Shown piece by piece: positions 6,923-14,881 of a stretch of 20,453 nucleotides of DNA. This DNA is from a virus. Its lineage: Duplodnaviria > Heunggongvirae > Uroviricota > Caudoviricetes. The translations under genes were made by a program, and so were the position numbers. Numbering within the stretch: position 1 is the stretch's first letter; each line of letters opens with the position of its first letter. The notes below the pieces were generated by a model. The model had not been told where the DNA came from. It ran no database searches and saw only the letters and a list, made by a program, of their open reading frames with translations. The DNA is taken from IMG/VR virus record IMGVR_UViG_2695420718_000008. The stretch is one strand, 5' to 3'.

Positions 6923-7609
6923 ATGACCCCAATAAAAATATTTATGACTATTGCTGATTTCAAACGGCCTAAATTGGAGCTCCCAAACGGGGCAAACAAA
7001 CTACTACTGCACTCTTGCTGTGCTCCATGTTCCGGTGAAGTGATGGAGGCGCTTCAGGCCTCGGGAATCGACTACACCATCTTTTTCTACAACCCGAACA
7101 TTCATCCTCAGAAAGAGTATTTAATTCGTAAGGATGAAAATATTCGCTTTGCTGAACAACACGGCGTGCCGTTTATCGATGCTGATTACGACACCGACAA
7201 CTGGTTTGAACGTGCCAAAGGAATGGAATGGGAGCCTGAGAGGGGGATCCGTTGTACCATGTGTTTTGACATGCGTTTTGAGCGGACAGCGTTGTACGCT
7301 GCTGAAAATGGTTTCAGTGTGATCAGCAGTTCACTGGGCATTTCACGCTGGAAAAATATGCAGCAGGTTAACGAGTGTGGGCGGCGAGCTGTTGCGCATT
7401 ATCCGGGTATGGTGTACTGGGATTATAACTGGCGCAAGCAGGGCGGCTCGTCCCGTATGATTGAAATCAGCAAGCGCGAAAAATTCTATCAGCAGGAATA
7501 TTGTGGCTGTGTGTATTCTCTGCGCGATACCAATCTACACCGCAAATCTCAGGGACGCCCTCTTATCAAAATTGGCCAACTCCACTACGGAAAAGAAGAG
7601 AAGGAGTGA
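6923..7609 (+). CDS. QueH-like protein (DUF208, epoxyqueuosine reductase family), prophage cargo
   Basis: 228-aa product with N-terminal [14 protein letters not shown] motif and further Cys residues (CTMCF, CGCVYS), consistent with my recollection of the QueH family; start may be the downstream ATG at 6944. Confidence 0.5.
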   Translation: MTPIKIFMTIADFKRPKLELPNGANKLLLHSCCAPCSGEVMEALQASGIDYTIFFYNPNIHPQKEYLIRKDENIRFAEQHGVPFIDADYDTDNWFERAKGMEWEPERGIRCTMCFDMRFERTALYAAENGFSVISSSLGISRWKNMQQVNECGRRAVAHYPGMVYWDYNWRKQGGSSRMIEISKREKFYQQEYCGCVYSLRDTNLHRKSQGRPLIKIGQLHYGKEEKE

Positions 7610-7739
7610 TTTTATGGATCACCTTTCTGATTGATTTCATATTGGCGAGGTGACGTGAGTTAAGTAGAATGGCTGCGGGTGCTTGAGGCTATCTGTCTCA
7701 GGCATGAACACTGAAAGGCAGATAGAGAAAAGCCCCAGT

Positions 7740-7810
7740 TAACATTTCGCGTCCTGCAAGACGCTTAACATTAATCTGAGGCCCAATCTATGTCTCACAA
7801 ATGTAGGTTA
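7740..7810 (-). ncRNA. predicted Sok-like antisense RNA of the hok locus (position inferred, not sequence-verified)
   Basis: hok-family loci encode an antisense RNA complementary to the leader around the mok start; a minus-strand TTGCCT-N17-TAACCT candidate promoter lies at about 7847-7819. Boundaries are guesses. Confidence 0.25.
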
Positions 7811-7846
7811 GCCTCTTACGTGCCGAAAGGCAAGGGGAAGCAGGCT

Positions 7847-8002
7847 ATGAAGCAGCAAAAGGCGATGTTAATCGCCCTGATCGTCATCTGTTTAACCGTC
7901 ATTGTGACGGCACTGGTAACGAGGAAAGACCTCTGCGAGGTACGAATCCGAACCGGCCAGACGGAGGTCGCTGTCTTCACAGCTTACGAACCTGAGGAGT
8001 AA
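7847..8002 (+). CDS. hokD: Hok/Gef-family type I toxin (HokD/RelF-like)
   Basis: 51-aa product MKQQKAMLIALIVICLTVIVTALVTRKDLCEVRIRTGQTEVAVFTAYEPEE matches remembered HokD; an in-frame upstream ATG at 7790 (MSHKCRLASYVPKGKGKQA) is mok-like; the leader 7676-7790 resembles the hok mRNA 5' end (GCTTGAGGCT...). Confidence 0.85.
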   Translation: MKQQKAMLIALIVICLTVIVTALVTRKDLCEVRIRTGQTEVAVFTAYEPEE

Positions 8003-8070
8003 GAGACCCGGCGGGGGAGTAATCTCCCGCCACCTCTGATGTGCCAGGCATCCTCAACGCACCCGCACTT

Positions 8071-8093
8071 AACCCGCTTCGGCGGGTTTTTGC
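8071..8093 (+). terminator. rho-independent terminator after hokD (copy 1 of a duplicated terminator)
   Basis: AACCCGCTTCGGCGGGTTTTTGC: stem CCCGC/GCGGG, loop TTCG, T-run. Confidence 0.65.
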
Positions 8094-8103
8094 ATTAGTC
8101 TGG

Positions 8104-8132
8104 TTGACAAAAATAGAAAAATGCGAAAATAT
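8104..8132 (+). promoter_or_regulatory. putative sigma70 promoter for the two-gene cassette
   Basis: Perfect -35 TTGACA (8104-8109), 17-nt spacer, weak -10 AAATAT (8127-8132); 35 bp upstream of the 8168 ATG. Confidence 0.3.
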
Positions 8133-8167
8133 GTGGTTTACGAATTCTAAAAAAAGCGAAACTTGAA

Positions 8168-8818
8168 ATGAATGAAAATCAGTTAGCTCCTTGTTGGGAA
8201 TTTCAACCTTATCTTGCTGAAAACTATGTTCGCCACTTGTTGGCGGAGATCGCTAACGTACTTGAGCAGCTGTACTATCATAAGCACGCATTAGACAGCA
8301 ACTGGTCTGAAGGTGTAAGGGCTTATGATTGGGTCAGAAATCATCTTATTCAAAATGAAGATGCAATTCCTGGCCTTGAGATGATTTCCAAGGGGTTGGA
8401 CTATGTAGTTGCTTTAAATAAAGTTCCGCTACAATTTACCAAAGATTGCATTAATAACCCCAAAAAGAAACATCGTCTGCGTCGAAATAAAGTAGAGTAT
8501 GAGCAGCTCTCATTGTTTGGTGATGTTGAGGCTGAGCAAGATATTACATGGCGAGTCATAGCTGAGCCTTTTTTATCCGAAGAGGGCGATGGTGAATTAG
8601 AGTCCACACTGCCTCGTTGGGAGGTAGCTCTTGTTGGATTTAATACTTATGGTGCTCAGATTAGTATAGTTTCTCATCAATCTACAGCATCGATGCCGCT
8701 TATGCCTCTTGATTATAACACACTCCCTGACGAAGCGGAGATTAATAAGGTGCCTCTTCGTCGGCGTACGAAGGATAAAGATTTGGATGTGAGCAGTGAT
8801 GGAACATCAGGTGAATAA
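8168..8818 (+). CDS. hypothetical protein (216 aa), first gene of the AT-rich cassette; candidate effector/toxin partner of the downstream HTH-peptidase
   Basis: Track ORF; product MNENQLAPCWEFQPYLAENYVRHLLAEIANVLEQLYYHKHALD...; low GC; 3' end overlaps the start of the next gene by about 20 nt. No family recognised. Confidence 0.6.
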   Translation: MNENQLAPCWEFQPYLAENYVRHLLAEIANVLEQLYYHKHALDSNWSEGVRAYDWVRNHLIQNEDAIPGLEMISKGLDYVVALNKVPLQFTKDCINNPKKKHRLRRNKVEYEQLSLFGDVEAEQDITWRVIAEPFLSEEGDGELESTLPRWEVALVGFNTYGAQISIVSHQSTASMPLMPLDYNTLPDEAEINKVPLRRRTKDKDLDVSSDGTSGE

Positions 8819-9902
8819 CTTCACTGAGTATCGGGGTGATAAGCTCAAACTAGCGAGAATGGCTGTTGGGCTTTCTTGTGAAGAGTTAGCCGAAAAAATT
8901 GGCAAGACAAAGCAATTCGTTAGCAAACTGGAGAAGGGGTGCAGGCCATCGGAGCAATGTCTTGAGTTAATATCTTCAGCGCTTATGATTAAGTCCAGTT
9001 TTCTTTTTACTGAACGAAAATACGCTCTGGAAAGTGATGTCTGCCATTTTCGGAGTAAGAAGTCCAGGACTCAAACGCTGACTAATAGTGTATTGGCCAG
9101 GGCTGAGATTCTTAATATTATAATTTCTGCTGTTGAAGGTGAAATCGAATTTCCTGACGTTAACATACCGGAGCACCCAGGGGCTGAATTACTTACTCCG
9201 AATGATATTGAGCGAGTGGCAGAAGATTGTCGCCGTGCCTGGAATTTAGGTCTTGGCCCTATATCATCAATGGTTAAATTGGCGGAGAGTTTAGGGGTAA
9301 TCGTTGCGCATGTTACGGGAGTCGATGATCGTGTTGATGCTTTTACTGTTCACAATAACAGGCCTGTTATCATCAGGAACAATGTTAAAAAAAGCATATG
9401 TAGATTTCGCTCTGATTTAGGTCATGAATTAGGGCATTTAGTAATGCATGAGGGCATAACGACAGGTGATAAACTTACGGAATCACAAGCCGATCACTTT
9501 TCGAGCGCCTTATTAGTTCCCAGGTTATCTTTCATTAAAGAATTTCCACGAATACGAGGTAAGCAATTCGACTGGAATGCTCTGGTTGAATTTAAACTTA
9601 GATGGAAAATCAGCCTTAAAATGTGTATTTATCGAGCCAGCGCATTAGGCTTATTGACCCAGGAACAGGCAAGAACTGGCTATATGCATCTTAATTCCAG
9701 AGGGTATACGAGAGTTGAACCTGGTGATGAACTTTTGCGCCCTGAAGAACCCGGCATGCTGGCCGAGGCGATTGAAATGCTGGATGATGCAACCTGGCTA
9801 AGAATTCTTATGAAAACTGGCTTGAGCCAAGATTTAATTCGTGAGTTGTTCTCCATCAACAGACCTATTACAAATCCAAGAAATATTTTCCAGATTGTTT
9901 GA
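8799..9902 (+). CDS. XRE-type HTH fused to ImmA/IrrE-like (COG2856, M78) zinc metallopeptidase
   Basis: N-terminal HTH-like segment LKLARMAVGLSCEELAEKIGKTKQFVSKLEKG; HEXXH motif HELGHLVMHE near residue 210; ATG 8799 (GTG 8796 also possible); overlaps the upstream gene. Confidence 0.7.
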   Translation: MEHQVNNFTEYRGDKLKLARMAVGLSCEELAEKIGKTKQFVSKLEKGCRPSEQCLELISSALMIKSSFLFTERKYALESDVCHFRSKKSRTQTLTNSVLARAEILNIIISAVEGEIEFPDVNIPEHPGAELLTPNDIERVAEDCRRAWNLGLGPISSMVKLAESLGVIVAHVTGVDDRVDAFTVHNNRPVIIRNNVKKSICRFRSDLGHELGHLVMHEGITTGDKLTESQADHFSSALLVPRLSFIKEFPRIRGKQFDWNALVEFKLRWKISLKMCIYRASALGLLTQEQARTGYMHLNSRGYTRVEPGDELLRPEEPGMLAEAIEMLDDATWLRILMKTGLSQDLIRELFSINRPITNPRNIFQIV

Positions 9903-9904
9903 GT

Positions 9905-9927
9905 ATACCCGCTTCGGCGGGTTTTTT
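9905..9927 (+). terminator. rho-independent terminator after the cassette (copy 2 of the duplicated terminator)
   Basis: TACCCGCTTCGGCGGGTTTTTTG; the 19-nt core ACCCGCTTCGGCGGGTTTT is identical to 8072-8090. Confidence 0.65.
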
Positions 9928-10011
9928 GTTTTTATTTTCAACGTGTTTGAAGTTTTGGACGGTGCCAGAATAGAATCAAAAATACTTAAGTAGCGCGCAG
10001 GGAGAAGAGGG

Positions 10012-10233
10012 ATGGACCCCGAACAGGGGGAGTGCTATTTATCTGGAAGGATTCTGTTGATGAAAATCGAAGAATTACGTGAAATTTTTAGTGAAGATGG
10101 CCTCTATGCTGTGCGCGTTGAGAATGGGGGTATTACCTACACAGCGTTAATTCCTGATGATCATGTAGTGTTATCTGTTGAGGCATTCATTGAATACTTG
10201 GAAAGACTCGGTTTCAAGGTAGTTCGGGAATAA
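10012..10233 (+). CDS. hypothetical small protein (73 aa)
   Basis: ATG 10012 preceded by GGGAGAAGAGGG; product MDPEQGECYLSGRILLMKIEELREIFSEDGLYAVRVENGG...; alternative start at MKIEEL. Confidence 0.4.
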   Translation: MDPEQGECYLSGRILLMKIEELREIFSEDGLYAVRVENGGITYTALIPDDHVVLSVEAFIEYLERLGFKVVRE

Positions 10234-10292
10234 GTTATAATACGTGAGCCAGCCTGAACAACTGGCAACCTGCAGCGCCATTGGAGATGACA

Positions 10293-10565
10293 ATGGCGCA
10301 TAATTTCAAATTTCGCAATTCTGATTCTGCCTTTGCCAGCAGGCACGGGTGGCGTTCTCACGCATTCAAATATGACTGGTATCAGCACGATCCCTGTACT
10401 GAAGAACAGGCCGAATGGCTGATTCATAACTACCGCAGACGTGGATATGAGTTTAGGAAAGCCCTCACCCTCGATTATCGTCACTGGATAATCTACGTCA
10501 GACTCCCTTATTCCGAACGCCCACCGCGTCCGTCCCGCACATTCCAGCAACGCATCTGGAGGTAA
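10293..10565 (+). CDS. hypothetical protein (about 90 aa)
   Basis: Track ORF 10281..10565 (TTG start); ATG at 10293 preceded by GGAG; product MAHNFKFRNSDSAFASRHGWRSHAFKYDWYQHDPCTEEQAEWL...; start uncertain. Confidence 0.45.
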   Translation: MAHNFKFRNSDSAFASRHGWRSHAFKYDWYQHDPCTEEQAEWLIHNYRRRGYEFRKALTLDYRHWIIYVRLPYSERPPRPSRTFQQRIWR

Positions 10566-10566
10566 C

Positions 10567-11613
10567 GTGCGGGTATTACTTCGACCTGTTCTGGTACCGG
10601 AACTCGGGCTGGTGATCGTTAAGCCGGGCCGTGAATCCATGCCGGTATTCCACAATACCCGGGTACTGGTGGAGCCGGAACCGAAAAGCATGCGTAATCT
10701 GCCGTCCGGGGTCGTTCCTGCCGTTCGCCAGCCGCTGGCGGAGGATAAATCATTACTGCCATTTTTCAGCGACGAACGAGTGATTCGTGCTGCTGGTGGC
10801 GCTGGCGCATTGTCTGATTGGTTACTGCGCCATGTTAAATCCTGCCAGTGGCCACACGGCGATTATCACCACAGTGAAACCGTCATTCACCGTTATGGTA
10901 CCGGCGCAATGGTGTTGTGCTGGCACTGCGACAACCAGCTGCGCGACCAGACCTCCGAATCACTCGGGCAACTTGCTCACCAAAACCTGTCTGCATGGAT
11001 GATTGACGTCATACGCCATGCAATGAATGGCTCGCAGGAACGGGAATTATCGCTGGCTGAATTATCCTGGTGGGCGGTCCGCAATCAGGTGGCGGACGCG
11101 CTACCGGAAGCGGTATTACGTCGTTCGCTGGGGTTGCGTGCGGAAAAAATCCGCTCAATGTACCGTGAAAGCGACATCGTACCGGGAGAGCAGACCGCCA
11201 CCAGCATACTGAAGCAGCGCACAAAAAATCTTGCGCCGCTGCCTCACGCCCACCAGCAAAACCCGCCACAGGAAGAGACGGTGGTCAGCATTGCCGTTGA
11301 TCCTGAGTCTCCGGAATCTTTCATGAAACGACCTAAACGTCGCCGCTGGGTTAACGAGAAATACACACGCTGGGTGAAGACACAGCCGTGTGCGTGTTGT
11401 GGTAAGCCAGCCGACGATCCCCATCACCTGATTGGTCATGGTCAGGGCGGAATGGGGACAAAATCTCACGATATTTTCACGCTACCGCTGTGTCGGGAGC
11501 ATCACAACGAGCTTCATGCGGATCCTCTGGCGTTCGAAGAAAAGCATGGTTCTCAGGTTGATTTAATTTTTCGTTTTCTTGATCACGCCTTTGCAACTGG
11601 CGTGCTTGGGTAA
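10567..11613 (+). CDS. DUF968 (YdfU-like) prophage protein with C-terminal HNH-like Cys/His motif
   Basis: 348-aa product; C-terminus CACCGKPADDPHHLIGHG...LPLCREHHNELH; GTG start at 10567 with GGAGG upstream; size and position match ydfU next to hokD in Qin. Confidence 0.65.
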   Translation: MRVLLRPVLVPELGLVIVKPGRESMPVFHNTRVLVEPEPKSMRNLPSGVVPAVRQPLAEDKSLLPFFSDERVIRAAGGAGALSDWLLRHVKSCQWPHGDYHHSETVIHRYGTGAMVLCWHCDNQLRDQTSESLGQLAHQNLSAWMIDVIRHAMNGSQERELSLAELSWWAVRNQVADALPEAVLRRSLGLRAEKIRSMYRESDIVPGEQTATSILKQRTKNLAPLPHAHQQNPPQEETVVSIAVDPESPESFMKRPKRRRWVNEKYTRWVKTQPCACCGKPADDPHHLIGHGQGGMGTKSHDIFTLPLCREHHNELHADPLAFEEKHGSQVDLIFRFLDHAFATGVLG

Positions 11614-11625
11614 AAGAGGTGACTG

Positions 11626-12000
11626 ATGCTCATAGATTTGGTTTTACCTTACCCGCCGACGGTGAACACTTACTGGCGACGCCGTGGCAGCACATATTTT
11701 ATCTCGGAGGAGGGAAAGCGTTATCGCCGGGCTGTGGCGCTTATTGTTCGCCAGCAGCGGCTGAAATTAAGCCTGTCCGGAAGGTTGGCAATAAAAATTA
11801 TTGCAGAACCACCGGATAAGCGCCGCCGTGACCTGGACAATATTCTGAAAGCGCCGCTGGATGCGCTGACGCATGCGGGGTTGCTAATGGACGATGAGCA
11901 GTTTGATGAAATCAATATCGTTCGTGGTCAGCCAGTATCTGGTGGACGTATGGGGGTGAAGATTTACCCCATAATGCATGAAGAGCAGGTCAAAAAATGA
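11626..12000 (+). CDS. rusA: Holliday junction resolvase RusA
   Basis: 124-aa product with the DKRRRDLDNILKAPLDALTHAGLLMDDEQ motif, matching the RusA catalytic region (DRRRRDLDN in E. coli RusA); lies immediately before Q. Confidence 0.8.
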   Translation: MLIDLVLPYPPTVNTYWRRRGSTYFISEEGKRYRRAVALIVRQQRLKLSLSGRLAIKIIAEPPDKRRRDLDNILKAPLDALTHAGLLMDDEQFDEINIVRGQPVSGGRMGVKIYPIMHEEQVKK

Positions 12001-12818
12001 AACTGGAAGATTTACCGAAATACTACTCCCCAAAATCCCCTGGCCTGACCGATGTATCGGCCTCAACGTCAAAAGATGCGCTGAGTATCACTGATGTGAT
12101 GGCCGCGCAGGGCATGACACAGAATCGGGCTGAGATGGGGTTTTCTGCGTTCCTGGGGAAAATGGGCATCAGTATGAATGACAGGGCGCGGGCAACAGAA
12201 TTACTGGCAGATTATGCACTCAGTCGGTGCGATCGTGTGGCGGCGTTGAGAAAACTTCCGGCAGAAATAAAACCGGTAGTGATGCGCATTATGGCTTCGT
12301 ATGCGTTTGAAGATTATGCCCGTAGCGCGGCGAGCAAAAAACAGTGCCCCTGCTGTCACGGAAAAAAATTTATTGAAAGCGAGGTTTTTACAAACAAGAT
12401 CCAGTATCCGGATGGTAAGCCACCAGTGTGGGCAAAGTGCACAAAAGGCGTGTATCCGTCTTACTGGGAAGAATGGAAAAAAGTCAGGGAGGTGGTAAAA
12501 GTTGCCTGTCCGGAGTGTGGCGGAAAGGGTGAGGTTTCCACCGCCTGTAAGGATTGCCGTGGGCGTGGTGTCGCCATTCATCGTGAAGAGTCGGTAAAAC
12601 GTGGTATGCCTGTTATCAGAGATTGCCAGCGTTGTGGTGGTCGTGGCTGTGAAAGGCTGCCATCAACGGAGGCATTTAATGCCATATGCAAAGTGACGAG
12701 TGCTATCACGCTTGATACGTGGAAAAAATCAGTGAAACGCTTTTACGATACGTTGGTGGTTCGGTTTGACATTGAAGAGGCATGGGCGGAGCGGCAGTTA
12801 AAGAGGGTAACGCGATAG
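11997..12818 (+). CDS. late antiterminator Q-like protein (Cys-rich zinc-binding)
   Basis: 273 aa; multiple CxxC motifs (CPCCHG, CPECGG, CKDCRG, CQRCGG); start coupled to the rusA stop (ATGA); followed by a promoter and terminator pair as for pR'/tR'. Confidence 0.65.
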   Translation: MKLEDLPKYYSPKSPGLTDVSASTSKDALSITDVMAAQGMTQNRAEMGFSAFLGKMGISMNDRARATELLADYALSRCDRVAALRKLPAEIKPVVMRIMASYAFEDYARSAASKKQCPCCHGKKFIESEVFTNKIQYPDGKPPVWAKCTKGVYPSYWEEWKKVREVVKVACPECGGKGEVSTACKDCRGRGVAIHREESVKRGMPVIRDCQRCGGRGCERLPSTEAFNAICKVTSAITLDTWKKSVKRFYDTLVVRFDIEEAWAERQLKRVTR

Positions 12819-12823
12819 TGTTG

Positions 12824-12851
12824 TTGATTTTTCCCGAATCTGTGGTAAATT
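12824..12851 (+). promoter_or_regulatory. putative late promoter (pR'-like)
   Basis: TTGATT (12824-12829), 16-nt spacer, TAAATT (12846-12851), directly after the Q stop. Confidence 0.3.
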
Positions 12852-12898
12852 TGCTCTAACGATGGGCGTTTTATGCCTGACGTTAGAAGATTTTTTAC

Positions 12899-12924
12899 AC
12901 CCCGCCGCCTGGCGGGTTTTTTAT
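12899..12924 (+). terminator. rho-independent terminator (tR'-like)
   Basis: Stem CCCGCC (12901-12906) / GGCGGG (12911-12916), loop GCCT, then TTTTTT. Confidence 0.55.
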
Positions 12925-13045
12925 GACTGAAATCGCGTCAGTACAGTAAACGCGCTGGTGGCGGTGAATACCTGTCTTTCAGCTTGCTGGCTTTTTCGAC
13001 AAGAGTTATTGGTGTGTCACGTTAACCGGAAAAGGGAAAAAGACA

Positions 13046-13242
13046 TGCTAAAACAGCAGGATATGACAGAAACCGCCAGAGTGGTGTTTAATGAATTAAG
13101 CGTTACCGAACCGGCGACAGTCGGGGAGATAGCGCAGAATACTTACCTTTCACGCGAACGCTGCCAGTTAATACTGACCCAGCTGGTTATGGCGGGTCTG
13201 GCAGACTATCAGTTCGGTTGTTACAGACGCCTTCCGCAGTGA
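13046..13242 (+). CDS. hypothetical small protein (65 aa), possibly winged-helix
   Basis: ATG at 13046 with AAGGGA upstream; product MLKQQDMTETARVVFNELSVTEPATVGEIAQNTYLSRERCQLILTQLVMAGLADYQFGCYRRLPQ; the track ORF starts further upstream at 12958. Confidence 0.4.
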
Positions 13243-13256
13243 AGGCTTTTTTATTT
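13229..13256 (+). terminator. rho-independent terminator overlapping the stop of the small ORF
   Basis: Stem GCCTTC (13229-13234) / GAAGGC (13241-13246), loop CGCAGT, then TTTTTTATTT. Confidence 0.5.
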
Positions 13257-13392
13257 GTGGTAAATGGGCGGCTGGTGGGTGTTAGGGGCACCCACCAGCC
13301 ATCTGCTCATGCGTTGGGTTCACAAGCAAACCTCAGGCCCACTGCTTTGCGCAAAAGCAGAATGAGCCTATCAGAGACAGGCTTAATGATCC

Positions 13393-14442
13393 ATGCTTAA
13401 TACTGTAAAAATATCCAGTTGTGAGTTAATCAACGCCGACTGCCTGGAATTTATCCGGTCGTTACCCGAAAATTCTGTTGACCTGATAGTCACGGACCCG
13501 CCGTACTTTAAAGTGAAGCCTGAGGGCTGGGATAACCAGTGGAAGGGCGACGATGATTACCTGAAGTGGCTGGACCAGTGTCTGGCGCAGTTCTGGCGGG
13601 TGCTGAAACCTGCCGGAAGTCTTTACCTGTTCTGTGGTCATCGCCTGGCATCTGATATCGAAATCATGATGCGTGAACGCTTCAGTGTGCTGAACCATAT
13701 TATCTGGGCGAAGCCGTCCGGACGCTGGAACGGATGCAACAAGGAAAGCCTGCGGGCGTATTTCCCCGCCACAGAGCGCATTCTGTTCGCGGAACATTAT
13801 CAGGGGCCGTATCGTCCGAAAGATGCCGGGTATGCGGCGAAGGGCAGTGCACTGAAACAGCATGTGATGGCCCCGCTGATTTCTTACTTTCGTGATGCGC
13901 GCGCGGCCCTGGGGATAACGGCAAAACAGATTGCAGATGCCACAGGAAAGAAAAACATGGTGTCGCACTGGTTCAGTGCCAGTCAGTGGCAGCTACCGAA
14001 TGAAAGCGATTATCTGAAATTACAGGCGCTGTTTGCCCGGGTGGCAGAAGAGAAGCATCGGCGTGGTGAACTGGAAAAGCTCCACCACCAGCTGGTGGAT
14101 ACGTATACCTCACTGAACCGGCAGTATGCGGAGCTGCTGAGTGAATATAAACATCTGCGGCGGTATTTTGGCGTGACGGTGCAGGTGCCGTATACCGATG
14201 TGTGGACGCATAAACCGGTGCAGTTCTATCCCGGGAAACATCCGTGCGAAAAACCGGCAGAAATGCTGCAGCAGATAATCAGCGCAAGCAGTCGTCCGGG
14301 TGACCTGGTTGCAGATTTTTTCATGGGGTCGGGTTCAACGGTAAAAGCGGCGATGGCACTGGGGCGTCGTGCGATTGGCGTTGAACTGGAGACCGGACGT
14401 TTTGAGCAGACAGTCAGGGAAGTTCAGGATTTAATCGTTTGA
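13393..14442 (+). CDS. orphan DNA methyltransferase (N6-adenine/N4-cytosine class, DPPY motif)
   Basis: 349 aa; IVTDPPYF (catalytic motif IV) near the N-terminus and FFMGSGST (AdoMet motif I) near the C-terminus, a beta-class order; no adjacent restriction endonuclease candidate. Confidence 0.8.
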   Translation: MLNTVKISSCELINADCLEFIRSLPENSVDLIVTDPPYFKVKPEGWDNQWKGDDDYLKWLDQCLAQFWRVLKPAGSLYLFCGHRLASDIEIMMRERFSVLNHIIWAKPSGRWNGCNKESLRAYFPATERILFAEHYQGPYRPKDAGYAAKGSALKQHVMAPLISYFRDARAALGITAKQIADATGKKNMVSHWFSASQWQLPNESDYLKLQALFARVAEEKHRRGELEKLHHQLVDTYTSLNRQYAELLSEYKHLRRYFGVTVQVPYTDVWTHKPVQFYPGKHPCEKPAEMLQQIISASSRPGDLVADFFMGSGSTVKAAMALGRRAIGVELETGRFEQTVREVQDLIV

Positions 14443-14491
14443 AACGGATGAGATTGCAGAATTAATTACGCACCATTATTATTCTGCTTCC

Positions 14492-14567
14492 GGCCCTTTA
14501 GCTCAGTGGTGAGAGCGAGCGACTCATAATCGCCAGGTCGCTGGTTCAAATCCAGCAAGGGCCACCA
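14492..14567 (+). tRNA. tRNA with CAU anticodon (Met or lysidine-dependent Ile2; ileZ-like position)
   Basis: Hand-folded cloverleaf: acceptor GGCCCTT/AAGGGCC, T-arm GCTGG-TTCAAAT-CCAGC, anticodon loop CTCATAA, encoded CCA 3' end. Confidence 0.8.
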
Positions 14568-14667
14568 TCACAAACCGCCATTAGCTTATCAGGAAGAGCA
14601 GACGACACGATAACAGGGTTGTTGGTGCGGGGGCGGGTCCCCGATGGCGGTCCATTATCGGTATTCA

Positions 14668-14744
14668 GCGTTGTTAGCTCAGCCGGACAGAGCAATTGCC
14701 TTCTAAGCAATCCGTCACTGGTTCGAATCCAGTACAGCGCGCCA
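14668..14744 (+). tRNA. tRNA-Arg (anticodon UCU)
   Basis: Hand-folded cloverleaf: acceptor GCGTTGT/ACAGCGC (one G-U pair), anticodon stem ATTGC/GCAAT with loop CTTCTAA, T-arm ACTGG-TTCGAAT-CCAGT, encoded CCA. Confidence 0.8.
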
Positions 14745-14881
14745 TATTCATTCTTCCAGATTCCTTTCGGCAGAGCCTTATACTGAAATATACCTGGCTC
14801 AGGATATTGTTGAAAATATTATATGTTTGTCAAAAATAAAAGTTCTGTTAAGTGTTGATTGAGTGTTTGTTATACGGTCTA

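Noticed and set aside
14568-14667. Possible third tRNA between the two tRNA genes (Stx phages carry three)
   Set aside because: I could not fold the 100-nt spacer into a cloverleaf with acceptor stem and T-arm; it may be a degraded remnant, but this is not supportable by eye.
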